From contig CBDCWI010000001.1 in assembly GCA_965223325.1 (NCBI GenBank), positions 512,001 through 576,000 on the forward strand: DNA of 64,000 nucleotides, given 5' to 3'. The stretch comes from Candidatus Multivoradales bacterium (lineage in GTDB: Bacteria; Acidobacteriota; Thermoanaerobaculia; Multivoradales; Multivoraceae). The notes under the pieces are model-generated. The model saw nothing but the letters and a program-made list of their open reading frames with translations. It was not told the origin of the DNA and searched no databases. Position numbers and translations under genes: made by a program. Below, piece by piece: positions 51,701-61,031 of this stretch (positions are counted from its first letter, which is position 1; each line of letters starts with the position of its first letter).

Positions 51701-54700
51701 TGGGCCAGCTCAGCCTTTTCGCGCTTGCACGCGGAACTCACCCAGGGGTTGCTCGGGCTCGCGCCGCAGGCCGCTATCGGCTACAGCTCGGGAGAAAGCA
51801 CGTCGCTATTCGCCACCGGTGCGTGGACCGACATCGAGGACATGCGCCGTGACATCGAGGAAGAAGGCCTTTACGACCCGGCACTCGGGGGCACCTTCGA
51901 TGCGGTCGCCGAGGCCTGGCGAAGCGGCCCACGTCCCGATTTCAAAGGGCCAGTCGAGTGGGCAGTGTGGAACGTGCTGGCGCCAGTCAACGAGGTGCGC
52001 GCGGCCCTCGCCGAGTTGCCGGCGCCGCTGGTGCACCTGGCGATCATTCACACCGCCTCGAACTGCGTCATCGCTGGCGACGAGGCGCTCGCCGAGGAAG
52101 TCGTCGAGCGCATCGGTCGTCGGCGTTGCCAGCGCCTTCTCTACGACATCGCCGCCCACGTGCCGGAGGTCGAGGCGTGGCGCGAGGCCTGGCTGCGCAT
52201 TCACCGGCGGCCGGTCACACCGGTTCCCGGAGTGCGCTTCTACTCCGCCGGCCGCAGGGGGGGATACCACGCCAACAGCGACGACTGCGCGCAGGCGATC
52301 CTAGAGCAGGCGATCGCCACGCTCGACTTCCCGCGCGTCATCGAAGATGCCTGGGCCGATGGCGTGCGTGTCTTCATCGAGCATGGGCCGCAAGCGGCCT
52401 GCTCGGGCTGGATCCGCGAGATTCTCGGCGAGCGTGCCACCGAAGCGGTGATCGTCGCCCTCGACCACGGCACGAGCTCTGAGGAGAAGACTACCGGCGA
52501 CCCGAACGAAGCCATCGCTCGCGGCTTTCTGCCAATCGTCAATGCCACCGGCGCTCTCCTGGCCGCCGGTGTCGATGTGAACGCCTCCGCGCTCGAGGAT
52601 GCGTTTTTCGAGAGAACGCTCGCAGCGTCGCCTGCCATGCGCGGGCAAGCGTCGGGCGCCGCATCGGGTCAGATGATGCGGGTTCCCGCGCACTGGCCGC
52701 CGGTACGGTTTCCGGAGCCCGGTGCCGAATGGATGGCACCGGCGCCCACGCTACCGCCGGTCGAAAAACAGAACAGTTTGCCGAAGGCGCTTCGACCCAT
52801 CGTGCCGGCGGTGCTCGAACCCGCCGCGCCGCCCGAGGAACTGCTGCGGGTTTCTCAGAACGTCTCCTTCAAAGAAGTTTCATCAGTTTCATCGAAAGAA
52901 GCGCTGGGCCCCTCGCCGTCTCCCTCTTCCACCGTTCCGCTGGTAGCGGCTCCTTTGCCGGGAGCCGCTTCGAGCTCCGCCTCTGCCCTCGCCACGACGA
53001 CCACTTCGGTCGCAGCAGCCCTCCCGATCCCAGCGCGCAGCTCATCGGCGATCACCGCCCTCGACCACATGACCCGGGTTCACCAACAGTTTCTCGAACA
53101 ACAGGCGACCGTGCATCAGCGCTTCCTCGAGACCCGCCTCGGCCAACCGCAGCAGCTCCCGCAGTCACAACCACGCCGGCTGCCCGCGTCACCCAAGCCG
53201 CCGCCCCCGAGCCCCACGAACGGGGCCGCTGGGGCCAAGCCAGTTGGCAGCCGGGTCGCACAGCCGACCCCTCTACCGCCACAACCAACCGCCTCGCCGA
53301 AAGCACCGGCGACAGCACAACGTGCTTCCGGGAGAGAACCCACCGGACTCGCTCTCGACAGAAAAGGTCTCGAGATCCACGCTTCGGGCCGCATCAGCGA
53401 GATCTTCGGTCCGCTGTTCGAAGAACAAGACGACTACCCTCGCCAGGTTCGCATGCCCGAACCGCCGCTCCTGCTCGCCGACCGCATGACCGGCCTCGAC
53501 GCCGAGCCCGGCGTTCATGGCACCGGCACCCTGTGGACCGAGACCGACGTCACCGAAGACTCGTGGTATCTCAACCGCGGTCGCATGCCGGCCGGCATTC
53601 TCATCGAGTCGGGCCAGGCCGATCTGATGCTGATCTCCTTCATGGGCGCCGACCTCCTGAACAAGAGCGAGCGCGTCTACCGCCTGCTCGGCTGTGAGCT
53701 CACCTTCCTCGATGATCTGCCCCGACCCGGGGAAACGCTCTGTTACCAGATCGAAGTCGACGGACACGCGGAGCAAGACGGCATTCGGCTGTTCTTTTTT
53801 CACTATGACTGTCACGTCGCCGGGCGCCCGCGCATCCAGGTTCGCGGCGGGCAGGCGGGCTTCTTCTCCGACCTCGAGCTCTCGCGCTCGGCTGGCATCC
53901 TGTGGACGCCCGAAGACGCCGACCCCTGTGCCGAGCCGCGCCTCGACCCGCCCGACGTCGTGTGCACGCGGTCGTCGTTCAGCCAGGAACAGGTCGAAGC
54001 GTTCGCTGCTGGTCGACCCTGGGACTGCTTCGGACCGGGCTTTGACCTTACGCGTACCCATTCCGACACGCCCACCATTCAAGGTGGCGACATGCTGTTT
54101 CTCGACACGGTCAGCCAGTTCGACCTGAGCGCTGGCCCCTGGAAGCGCGGCTACCTGCGCGCCGAAGCTGCGGTTGGCCCGAACGATTGGTTCTTTGCGG
54201 GCCACTTCAAAGGTGACCCCTGTATGCCCGGCACTCTGATGTTCGAGGGCTGCGTGCAGGCACTGTCTTTCGCCATGGCCGGGATGGGATTCACCACCAC
54301 CCGAGACGGCTACCGCTTTCAACCGGTTACCGGTGAACCGATCGCAATGCGCTGCCGCGGCCAGGTGACACCCGAGTCCCGAGAGCTCACCTACGAGGTG
54401 TTCATCGAAGAAGTGATCGCCGGCCCGAGGCCCAGGATCTACGCGGATCTTCTGTGCACCGTCGATGGGTTGAAGGCTTTCCATGCGCGTCGCGTGGGGC
54501 TCGAGTTGGTTCCTGACTGGCCGCTCGAGAGCAACCCGCGCCTTCTCGAGGCGCTCCTCGAGGAGGCGGCTCGGCACCCCGGCGCTCAGCACGACAAACC
54601 AGCCGCGCAAGCTGAGAGCCCCGACGGAACGGTGCACACCTTCGGCTATCCGTCGTTGCTCGCCTGCGCCTGGGGAAGGCCTTCTAAGGCTTTCGGGCCG

Positions 54701-57700
54701 ATCTACGAACGCTTCGATAGCCCCCGCCGGGTTCCGAGATTGCCCGGGCCGCCGTACCACTTCATCTCGCGGGTGCTCGAAATCGAAGGTGAGATCGGAG
54801 CGATGGAATCGGGGTCGACGGTCACCGTCGAGTACGACGTGCCCGAAGACGCCTGGTACTTCGACGACAACGGCAGTCGCTCGATGCCCTACGCTGTACT
54901 CCTCGAGGCGGCCCTCCAACCCTGTGGCTGGCTGGCGAGCTACGTTGGCTGTGCCCTCTCCGTCGATGTCGACCTCGCATTTCGCAACCTCGACGGCACG
55001 GGCACCGTTTTCCAGGAGATCTTCGATCACCTCGACGGTGAGGCCCCGAACACCCTTCGTACCGAAGTCGAGCTGACCAATATCGCCAGTCAGGCCGGCA
55101 TGATCATCGTCTCGTTCGATGTCACTTCTTTCGTCGGCGGCGAGACCGCTTACACGATGGACACGGTGTTCGGGTTCTTCCCACCCGAAGCGCTCGCCAT
55201 GCAGGTGGGCCAGGCGATCAGTGATGAAGAGCGTGCCCTGATCGGCCGCCGCGCCGAGAGGACGATCGAGCTCCGCACCGAACCCGAGCGCTACTTCGGC
55301 GGCTCACTGGGCTCCGGGTCTCTGGCCCTCGGTTCTTTGGCACTGGGACGCGGCAAGCTGCGCATGCTCGATCGCATCACCGGCTATTGGCCCGATGACG
55401 GCGAAGCCGGTCTCGGTGTGGTGCGCGGCGAACGCGATGTCATCGCGGACGACTGGTACTTCAAGGCACATTTCTTCCAGGACCCTGTCCAACCCGGTTC
55501 ACTGGGCATCGAGGCGATGCTGCAGCTGCTCCAGTTCTACGTCATCGAGAGCGGCGTCGCCTCTTTTCTCGACCAGCCGCGTTTTGAGCCCATCGCTCTC
55601 GAGCAGCCGCTGACCTGGAAGTACCGCGGGCAGGTGGCGCCAGATTCCGAACGCATCACGGTGACGCTCGAGGTCACCGAAGTGCGGCGCGAAGAGGACA
55701 GCGTCGTCGCAGTGGCCAACTCGTCTCTGTGGTGTGACGGCTTGCGGATCTACAGTGCCGAGAACGTGGCGGTGCGCGCGGTCAGTGGGCCCGTACCTCA
55801 AAGCAAACGCGCCACGGCGTCGAACGCGGCCAGAGCAGTCGAGACCTCGCCTTCAGCAACAAGATCAAATGCCGCTTCCGACGTGACCTTCGAGAACTCA
55901 CACACTCTCGATCCCGCCGTCGATCTGTGGCTCGCCGACCACTGCCCTACCTGGGCGCGACCGGCGCTGCCGATGATGGCAATCGTCGATCTTCTGGCAC
56001 GCGGGGTGCCCGAGGAACTCACCGTGACCGGTCTGTCGGATGTCGCAGTCCGCGCCTGGATCGACTTCGAAGGGCCAAGAACGCTCTCCACCAAGGCACA
56101 GGCCATCGCGCCGGGCCGCTTCACTGTGCGTCTGCTCGCCAACGGCGACGACGGTACGCCGTTCGAAGCGGCCTCGGCGATCGTTGAAACCGGTGCGTTT
56201 GCCGAGCCACCACAGCCCAGCGCAACCCTCGAGGTCGGCGAAGCCCTGGTGGCACCCTATGCCGCTGGGCACCTCTTTCATGGACCGGCCTTCGAGCTCA
56301 TGCGCTCGGCGACCCTCGCCATCGAGGGCGCCTCGGCGCTCCTCGGCCTGGTCGCCAACGGCAGCGTTCAGGTGCCAGTCGGCCGGCTCAATCCCGGGCT
56401 CCTCGACGCGGCGCTGCACGCCATACCGCATGACCGTTTGCACTTCTGGTCGCGTGACATCGACCAGGACAAAGTCGCCTACCCCGCTCGCATTCCAAAA
56501 CTCGAGATCTTCGCGCCCACACCGAAACCAGGCAGTGACCCCGATGCCGACGAGGTGCGCGTCGAGGTGCGCTTTGACGGCTTCCTGGTTCGCCCCGACC
56601 TGCCACGCTTTCAGGTCGAGATCATCCATCAGGGTGCGGTGTGGGCACGCATGACCCTCATCGAAGCCTGTTTCCCCAAAGGAGCCCTGGGTATGGCTCC
56701 CCCGGCAGACCGGCGCGCCTTCCTACGCGACAAGCGCTACGTTCCGGGTCTGCGGCTCTCGACCACCGAGACCGACTCCTCGGGCCTGGTCACCACCCGT
56801 CTCGACCCTCGAGCTGTTGCGGCGAGCGATTGGATGCCGGGCACGATGGCTGCGATCTATGGCACCACCGATCCGCGACTGATCGCCAAGAAGGAACACC
56901 TCGCCGAGCGCTACGCGCTTCATCCACGCATCCTGCCGGAGGCCCTTCCTCTTCAAGCGGAGGCGGTGAAGGTCGACGAGCAGGCCGGGGCGGTCGTGGT
57001 TCGTGACAGCACGGGAGAAGACGGCCTGGCCCTCGAACTGAGCGGTGTTCGCGATCACTGGCGACGCCGTTTCGGTGTGCCGTCTCGCTGGCTCGGCGAA
57101 CAGATCGTCGAGGGCCTGCTCGAACGCTACGTCCGTCGCGTCGTTTTCAGCAAGCCGGAGGGCCACGCCGCCCTCGCCGGGAGAGGCGCGATCTTCGTCG
57201 CCAATCACCAGGTCCAGATCGAGTCGATTCTGGTCACTCACCTGCTCGGCGCCCTTCTGGGTCACGACGTCGTGACGATGGCCAATGCGAAGCACGAAGA
57301 GCGCTGGATCGGCTGGCTCATTCGTTGCCTTCAGTCCTTTCCTGGCATCTCACCCGACGCTCTGCCGTTCGAACCCATCGTCTACTTCGACCAGTCCTCG
57401 CCCGACTCGATGTTCGAGATCCTCGCCAGGATCGCACCCGACCTCGAGTCGGGCAAGCGCTCGTTCTTCTTCCACGCCGCCGGCACCCGCAGTCGACATG
57501 CGCCCGACCCGGTCACCCGGCTGAGCTCGGTGTTTCTCGACCTCGCGGTAGAGAACCAGCTTCCGATCGTGCCGATTCGTTTCACCGGAGGGCTCCCTGA
57601 GGAGCCGATTCTGGAGAAGCTCGAGTTTCCCGCCGGGCACGCGCGCCAGGACTACTGGATCGGTGGCCCCATCGAAGCCACCGAACTGGCAGCTCTCCCC

Positions 57701-57934
57701 TACGCCGAGCGCCGCGCCTTTGTCCTTCAGGCGCTCAACACGCTGGGTCCAGAAGGAGCCGAAGAGCGCCTCCCGGACCCGGAGTTCGAGGCCCGCGTCG
57801 AGGCTCTCCGGCAATCAGAGGATCTACCCGAAGTCGAAGCAACCCTGCGCGCCGTCCTCGAAGAACAGAGCATCGTTGAGCCCGCACCGGAAGCGGCAGC
57901 CTGGCAGGCCTCGGTCCTCGAGCGCTTGGGCTAG
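48788..57934 (+). CDS. pfaBC: PUFA synthase PfaBC/Pfa3: KS-CLF-AT-(FabA-type DH/pseudo-DH)-PKS DH-AGPAT
   Basis: KS DAACASS / ECHATGT; CLF AEELSG; AT GYSSGE; DH WFFAGHFKGDPCMPG and WYFKAHFFQDPVQPG; DH LADHCPTWARPALP; acyltransferase FVANHQVQIES. RBS AGGAG precedes ATG 48788. Confidence 0.92.
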   Translation: MTTKNNGAPNQERHAAVAPIAIVGRACVLPGALSPEALWEHIAAGSDLLGPAPPGRWSKERSNQSYLSDPDEDPVDRTWSDRGGYVEGFDEVFDPEGFGVVAAEIEGLDPLFQWTLHTAREALRDAGLAPGDDPTRRGAVLGNLSFPSASLAAFADRVWRGESAAEESPPTVDPRNRFHSGLPALLLEDALGLEAGAFALDAACASSLYALAFACDRLRAGEADVMLAGAVNCSDDLFIHIGFSALAALSRSGQSRPFHAEADGLVPAEGAAFVALERLEDAVAAGRRIHGVIRGIGLANDGRGKGFLVPASEGQVRAMENAYRQASLSPLDIDWFECHATGTTVGDGTELASLEALSAVAEEKSETTRSQQQPLGSLKSNLGHLITTAGLAGLIKVLEAMRAGVMPPTLHALHAHPALDGSRFRLLTEKEPWPAGEGPRRAAVSAFGFGGNNAHLVVEEWRPEALPTGQLPAQAIEPRHEDLAIVGIDVVTAASSARAETAFPDVLFGDSPGSVDRQMRDFLIDVRAAAIPPHDLSETLAQQLLMQECGSRAARAVSFDRERTGVFIGMGVDADIARYGARWRATESGDDQEAEAARSQIAPRLRSAGVLGTMPNVVANRLNRRLDIGGASCTVSAEELSGLRALELACAALRRGDLDAALVGAIDMSSEAVHRTAARSALDPPRRRAADAAVSLVIKRLADARRDGDHVHAVLSEYSGNAAPREPRGEDPEALVFGLDEGCALTPRFGHSHAASGLLHLAAAALAIEHGRRPGEDPREPWPTWRGARRARVVVQAMPTASAPGKRRSTMTWELAAPGGAKTAAGTQRPGTAQLLYVYDGADRAQVLSGLKAHRSCTAEEAPAAAAGARLVIAAEDRATFERRHARALRHLESGAPAGTGVHFRDSRVTGDLGFVFASAGTAYRGMGGDLLAALPGLAEESRERFGDLDRSLRWARRQEGEESNDNAERLWASSAFSRLHAELTQGLLGLAPQAAIGYSSGESTSLFATGAWTDIEDMRRDIEEEGLYDPALGGTFDAVAEAWRSGPRPDFKGPVEWAVWNVLAPVNEVRAALAELPAPLVHLAIIHTASNCVIAGDEALAEEVVERIGRRRCQRLLYDIAAHVPEVEAWREAWLRIHRRPVTPVPGVRFYSAGRRGGYHANSDDCAQAILEQAIATLDFPRVIEDAWADGVRVFIEHGPQAACSGWIREILGERATEAVIVALDHGTSSEEKTTGDPNEAIARGFLPIVNATGALLAAGVDVNASALEDAFFERTLAASPAMRGQASGAASGQMMRVPAHWPPVRFPEPGAEWMAPAPTLPPVEKQNSLPKALRPIVPAVLEPAAPPEELLRVSQNVSFKEVSSVSSKEALGPSPSPSSTVPLVAAPLPGAASSSASALATTTTSVAAALPIPARSSSAITALDHMTRVHQQFLEQQATVHQRFLETRLGQPQQLPQSQPRRLPASPKPPPPSPTNGAAGAKPVGSRVAQPTPLPPQPTASPKAPATAQRASGREPTGLALDRKGLEIHASGRISEIFGPLFEEQDDYPRQVRMPEPPLLLADRMTGLDAEPGVHGTGTLWTETDVTEDSWYLNRGRMPAGILIESGQADLMLISFMGADLLNKSERVYRLLGCELTFLDDLPRPGETLCYQIEVDGHAEQDGIRLFFFHYDCHVAGRPRIQVRGGQAGFFSDLELSRSAGILWTPEDADPCAEPRLDPPDVVCTRSSFSQEQVEAFAAGRPWDCFGPGFDLTRTHSDTPTIQGGDMLFLDTVSQFDLSAGPWKRGYLRAEAAVGPNDWFFAGHFKGDPCMPGTLMFEGCVQALSFAMAGMGFTTTRDGYRFQPVTGEPIAMRCRGQVTPESRELTYEVFIEEVIAGPRPRIYADLLCTVDGLKAFHARRVGLELVPDWPLESNPRLLEALLEEAARHPGAQHDKPAAQAESPDGTVHTFGYPSLLACAWGRPSKAFGPIYERFDSPRRVPRLPGPPYHFISRVLEIEGEIGAMESGSTVTVEYDVPEDAWYFDDNGSRSMPYAVLLEAALQPCGWLASYVGCALSVDVDLAFRNLDGTGTVFQEIFDHLDGEAPNTLRTEVELTNIASQAGMIIVSFDVTSFVGGETAYTMDTVFGFFPPEALAMQVGQAISDEERALIGRRAERTIELRTEPERYFGGSLGSGSLALGSLALGRGKLRMLDRITGYWPDDGEAGLGVVRGERDVIADDWYFKAHFFQDPVQPGSLGIEAMLQLLQFYVIESGVASFLDQPRFEPIALEQPLTWKYRGQVAPDSERITVTLEVTEVRREEDSVVAVANSSLWCDGLRIYSAENVAVRAVSGPVPQSKRATASNAARAVETSPSATRSNAASDVTFENSHTLDPAVDLWLADHCPTWARPALPMMAIVDLLARGVPEELTVTGLSDVAVRAWIDFEGPRTLSTKAQAIAPGRFTVRLLANGDDGTPFEAASAIVETGAFAEPPQPSATLEVGEALVAPYAAGHLFHGPAFELMRSATLAIEGASALLGLVANGSVQVPVGRLNPGLLDAALHAIPHDRLHFWSRDIDQDKVAYPARIPKLEIFAPTPKPGSDPDADEVRVEVRFDGFLVRPDLPRFQVEIIHQGAVWARMTLIEACFPKGALGMAPPADRRAFLRDKRYVPGLRLSTTETDSSGLVTTRLDPRAVAASDWMPGTMAAIYGTTDPRLIAKKEHLAERYALHPRILPEALPLQAEAVKVDEQAGAVVVRDSTGEDGLALELSGVRDHWRRRFGVPSRWLGEQIVEGLLERYVRRVVFSKPEGHAALAGRGAIFVANHQVQIESILVTHLLGALLGHDVVTMANAKHEERWIGWLIRCLQSFPGISPDALPFEPIVYFDQSSPDSMFEILARIAPDLESGKRSFFFHAAGTRSRHAPDPVTRLSSVFLDLAVENQLPIVPIRFTGGLPEEPILEKLEFPAGHARQDYWIGGPIEATELAALPYAERRAFVLQALNTLGPEGAEERLPDPEFEARVEALRQSEDLPEVEATLRAVLEEQSIVEPAPEAAAWQASVLERLG

Positions 57935-57944
57935 CTCCTAGCGA

Positions 57945-58898
57945 TCAGTTCGTGAGCCGCTTCCAGACGCCGCGCGACTCGGCGACGCTGTCCGCCCAGG
58001 GCGTCACGTACTTGGCAATCGCTGCCTGCATGCCCTCGAGATGCGGCGGGGTCATGAACGAACCGTGAGTGTAGCCACCCGTTGGCATCAACTGAATCGA
58101 CTTCGCAACCGCCGGCAGAGCGAGACCGAGTCGCGCGAGGTCCCAACGAATGAAAGCGGTGGCGAACCGCACGGTGGGGGTGTCGCGAAAGGGATGGTTG
58201 ATCACCCAACCGACGAACTCACCCTTGTAGCGGATACCGAGACTGGTGTGTTTGCACGCCATCTCAGGGGTAAAGAGCCAGAAACACAGGGCGTCCGGGA
58301 TCCACTTCTCCTGGGCGTTCTTCTCCCTGGCCGCGAGCTTCTCGGCTTCCTCGATGTCGGACCAGGGCACCGTCTCATAGTTCCGGACGCGCGGGAGCTT
58401 GCGTAACCACGGCGCTTCGAGAATGCGGTCTTGACGAAACCTGGCGGTGGCGAAGCGGAACTCCGGAGGCTCGCAACCGAGGGCGAGGAGAAGCTCTTCG
58501 AGGTGAGCGATGCTCGGTTTGCCGGTCATGTAGGTGCCGAATACGACGGGTTGCTCGTTGTCGCGGAGAAACGCCTCGGCCTCCTCGAAGAGCATTCTGG
58601 CAACCCCCTGGCGCCGGAAGTCACGGCCGGCGAAGACCGACAGCACATCCGCGTTGCGCTGCATGTCGCGCTTCTCACTGGTCTCCTCAGGAAAGGAGCC
58701 CAGGAGGAGGCCGACCGGGCGTAGACCGTCGAAGGCGCCGAAGGCGAAAGGCTTCCGCGCGATCTTGTAGTCCGGCTGGGTTGGATCGTCGAGAACGTTG
58801 GTGAACCTCTCGAGATTCAGGAGATGGCGGTAGGCGGGAAAGGTGTAGCCTGCGAACTCGACCGCTTCGCTGGCGTTGAGTCGGCGCACCTCAACCAT
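57945..58898 (-). CDS. GNAT-family N-acyltransferase (extended, probably tandem GNAT)
   Basis: LSVFAGRDFRRQGVARML (motif A); second half SLGIRYKGEFVGWVINH...FIRWDLARLGLA; overlaps the FAAL stop. Confidence 0.8.
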   Translation of the reverse strand: MVEVRRLNASEAVEFAGYTFPAYRHLLNLERFTNVLDDPTQPDYKIARKPFAFGAFDGLRPVGLLLGSFPEETSEKRDMQRNADVLSVFAGRDFRRQGVARMLFEEAEAFLRDNEQPVVFGTYMTGKPSIAHLEELLLALGCEPPEFRFATARFRQDRILEAPWLRKLPRVRNYETVPWSDIEEAEKLAAREKNAQEKWIPDALCFWLFTPEMACKHTSLGIRYKGEFVGWVINHPFRDTPTVRFATAFIRWDLARLGLALPAVAKSIQLMPTGGYTHGSFMTPPHLEGMQAAIAKYVTPWADSVAESRGVWKRLTN

Positions 58899-60981
58899 CG
58901 GAGGGCTCCGGCGTGCCAGCGGGAAAGCTCGTTGCCACCGCGAGCCCTGCCTCGTCGAGCACGTACCTGGCGATCGACTCGAGGCTGCCGCCCTCGAGCA
59001 AGAGGTCGACGTCGAGTTCGACTCCCAGTTGGTTCTCGACCTCATGACTGAGGTTCATGATCGCCACCGAATCGAGCCCGGTGTCGGCAAGCGGCGCGTC
59101 GGTCGCTACCTCACTGAGATCGACCTCGAGAGCACTGGCCAAGGAACGCTTGAGACTCTCCTCCAGAACCGCTTCGCGCTCTCCTGCCGGGTAGGCCGAC
59201 AGTTCTTCCAAGCCAAGGAGCCCGCCATCTTCCTCCGGTTCAGAAACGTCCTGAGCGATCACTTCGAGCGACCCGGCGAGGAACGCCTGCCGCGTCGCAT
59301 GACGCTGGATCTTGCCGCTCGAGGTCTTGGGAATCGTCCGCGCTTCGATCAGAACCACCGCATGCGGACGCAGCGCGTCTTCGCGCAAGAGAGTGCGCCT
59401 GATCGCGCCGATGACGTCGTAGGCATCCGTTCCTTCGAGTTCGCTCCGGCGAACTTCCTGAACGACGACCAGTTCTTCTGATTCGTCTTTTGCAACAGCA
59501 AAGGCAGCGCCACAACCTGGCCGCAGCACCTGGTGCGCTCGTTCGACCGTCGCCTCTACGTCCTGGGGATAGACGTTTCGACCGCGCAGAATGATCAGGT
59601 CCTTCACCCGGCCGGTGACGTAGAGCTCACCGTCGTGCATGAAGCCGAGGTCGCCGGTTCGGAGAAACGGCCCCTCGCCCGAGCTGAGCCGCGCTCTGAA
59701 CACCTCCTCGGTGTCCTGCGCGCGCTGCCAGTAGCCACGGGCGACGTTTCCGCCGCGCACCCAGATCTCGCCGATCTCGCCTGCATCGACTTCACGGTGC
59801 TCGTCGGAACCAACGATGCGTACGTCCTGGCCTGGCAGCGGTTCACCGCAACTGGTGAGCTCGATGGTCGCCACGTTCATGTCGGTGATTCGTTCGACAG
59901 GCGCCACCCTTCGTTCACCGAGCTCCTTACGCTTGACCACCAGAGTGTTATGCAACCGACCGATGTGTCCGCTCGAGATCGACAACACGGTCTCGGCCAT
60001 GCCGTAGCCCTGGAAGAAGGCGCGTTCATCAAAGCCACAGGGGGCAAAGGTTTCGGCAAACCTGGAAAGCGTCTGCGCCGAGATCGGTTCCGCGCCGACG
60101 AGAGCCATTCTCCACGAGGCGAGATCGAGACCAGCTCGGTCCTCTTCGCTGACGCGCCGGGTGCACAACTCGAAGCCGAAGTTCGGACCGGCGCTGAACG
60201 TCGCGCGGTAGCGATCGATCGCACGCAACCAGCGGGAGGGTTTCTGCAGAAAGTCCATTGGCGACATGAGAACCGAACGCGCGCCGACGTAGACCGGGTG
60301 GACGACACCGCCGATCAGACCGAGGTCGTGGTAGAAGGGCACCCAGGACAGGATGACGGTCTCTTCGTCGCTGCCCGAGCGCTCTCTCATCTGCTCCTGA
60401 TTGAACAACAGGTTGGCGTGGTCGATGACGACGCCCTTGGGCGAACCGGTCGATCCGGAGGTGTATTGCAGGAAGGCCACCGAGTCACCGCTCAGGTCGG
60501 GTTCCTTCCAGTTCGAAGAATCGCCCGTTGCCAGTTCGTCCGAGGCCAGCCAGTCGAGCCCGCTGAGCAGCTCGTCGTCCGGGAACATGAACGCCGCCAT
60601 TTGACGAATCGGCGACGTCGTCAGCACCGCGCCTGCGCTGGCGTCGGAGATGATCGCTTTGACCCGCGGTAACGTGCGGTCGATGCGGGCGGGATCAGGA
60701 GGATAGGCCGGAACCGCGATGGCGCCGGCATAGATCGAGGCGCAGAACGCCGCGACGAAGTCGAGGCCTGGAGGGTAGAGCAGGAGAACGGGGTTGCCCG
60801 TCGCGCCCTTCGCCTGCAGTGCAGCCGCGATCGCCAGGCACCGCTCTTCGAGCTCTCCCCAGGTGAGCGAGCTCTCCTTGCTCTCACCGTCCTCGAGGTA
60901 GGTGAAGGCGAGCCGGTCGGGGGTCACGCGCGCGCGCCGGCGCAGGATCTGCAGGAGGCTCGAAGCTTCGGTTTCAGACAT
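58891..60981 (-). CDS. Fatty acyl-AMP ligase (FAAL) fused to C-terminal ACP
   Basis: FLQYTSGSTGSPKGV, WVPFYHDLGLIG, GYGMAE followed by a FAAL-type insertion, FLRTGDLGF, IPKTSSGKIQR; ACP GLDSVAIMNL. Confidence 0.92.
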   Translation of the reverse strand: MSETEASSLLQILRRRARVTPDRLAFTYLEDGESKESSLTWGELEERCLAIAAALQAKGATGNPVLLLYPPGLDFVAAFCASIYAGAIAVPAYPPDPARIDRTLPRVKAIISDASAGAVLTTSPIRQMAAFMFPDDELLSGLDWLASDELATGDSSNWKEPDLSGDSVAFLQYTSGSTGSPKGVVIDHANLLFNQEQMRERSGSDEETVILSWVPFYHDLGLIGGVVHPVYVGARSVLMSPMDFLQKPSRWLRAIDRYRATFSAGPNFGFELCTRRVSEEDRAGLDLASWRMALVGAEPISAQTLSRFAETFAPCGFDERAFFQGYGMAETVLSISSGHIGRLHNTLVVKRKELGERRVAPVERITDMNVATIELTSCGEPLPGQDVRIVGSDEHREVDAGEIGEIWVRGGNVARGYWQRAQDTEEVFRARLSSGEGPFLRTGDLGFMHDGELYVTGRVKDLIILRGRNVYPQDVEATVERAHQVLRPGCGAAFAVAKDESEELVVVQEVRRSELEGTDAYDVIGAIRRTLLREDALRPHAVVLIEARTIPKTSSGKIQRHATRQAFLAGSLEVIAQDVSEPEEDGGLLGLEELSAYPAGEREAVLEESLKRSLASALEVDLSEVATDAPLADTGLDSVAIMNLSHEVENQLGVELDVDLLLEGGSLESIARYVLDEAGLAVATSFPAGTPEPSDG

Positions 60982-61031
60982 CAGCGGGGCCCTTGGGAGG
61001 CATTCGCACCAGCCTCCAAAGAGCGCTGACT

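Noticed and set aside
53273-55030. 585-aa minus-strand ORF inside pfaBC
   Set aside because: Antisense shadow ORF with no recognisable domain.
55300-55350. SLALG duplication inside pfaBC
   Set aside because: Short in-frame linker duplication with no evident significance.
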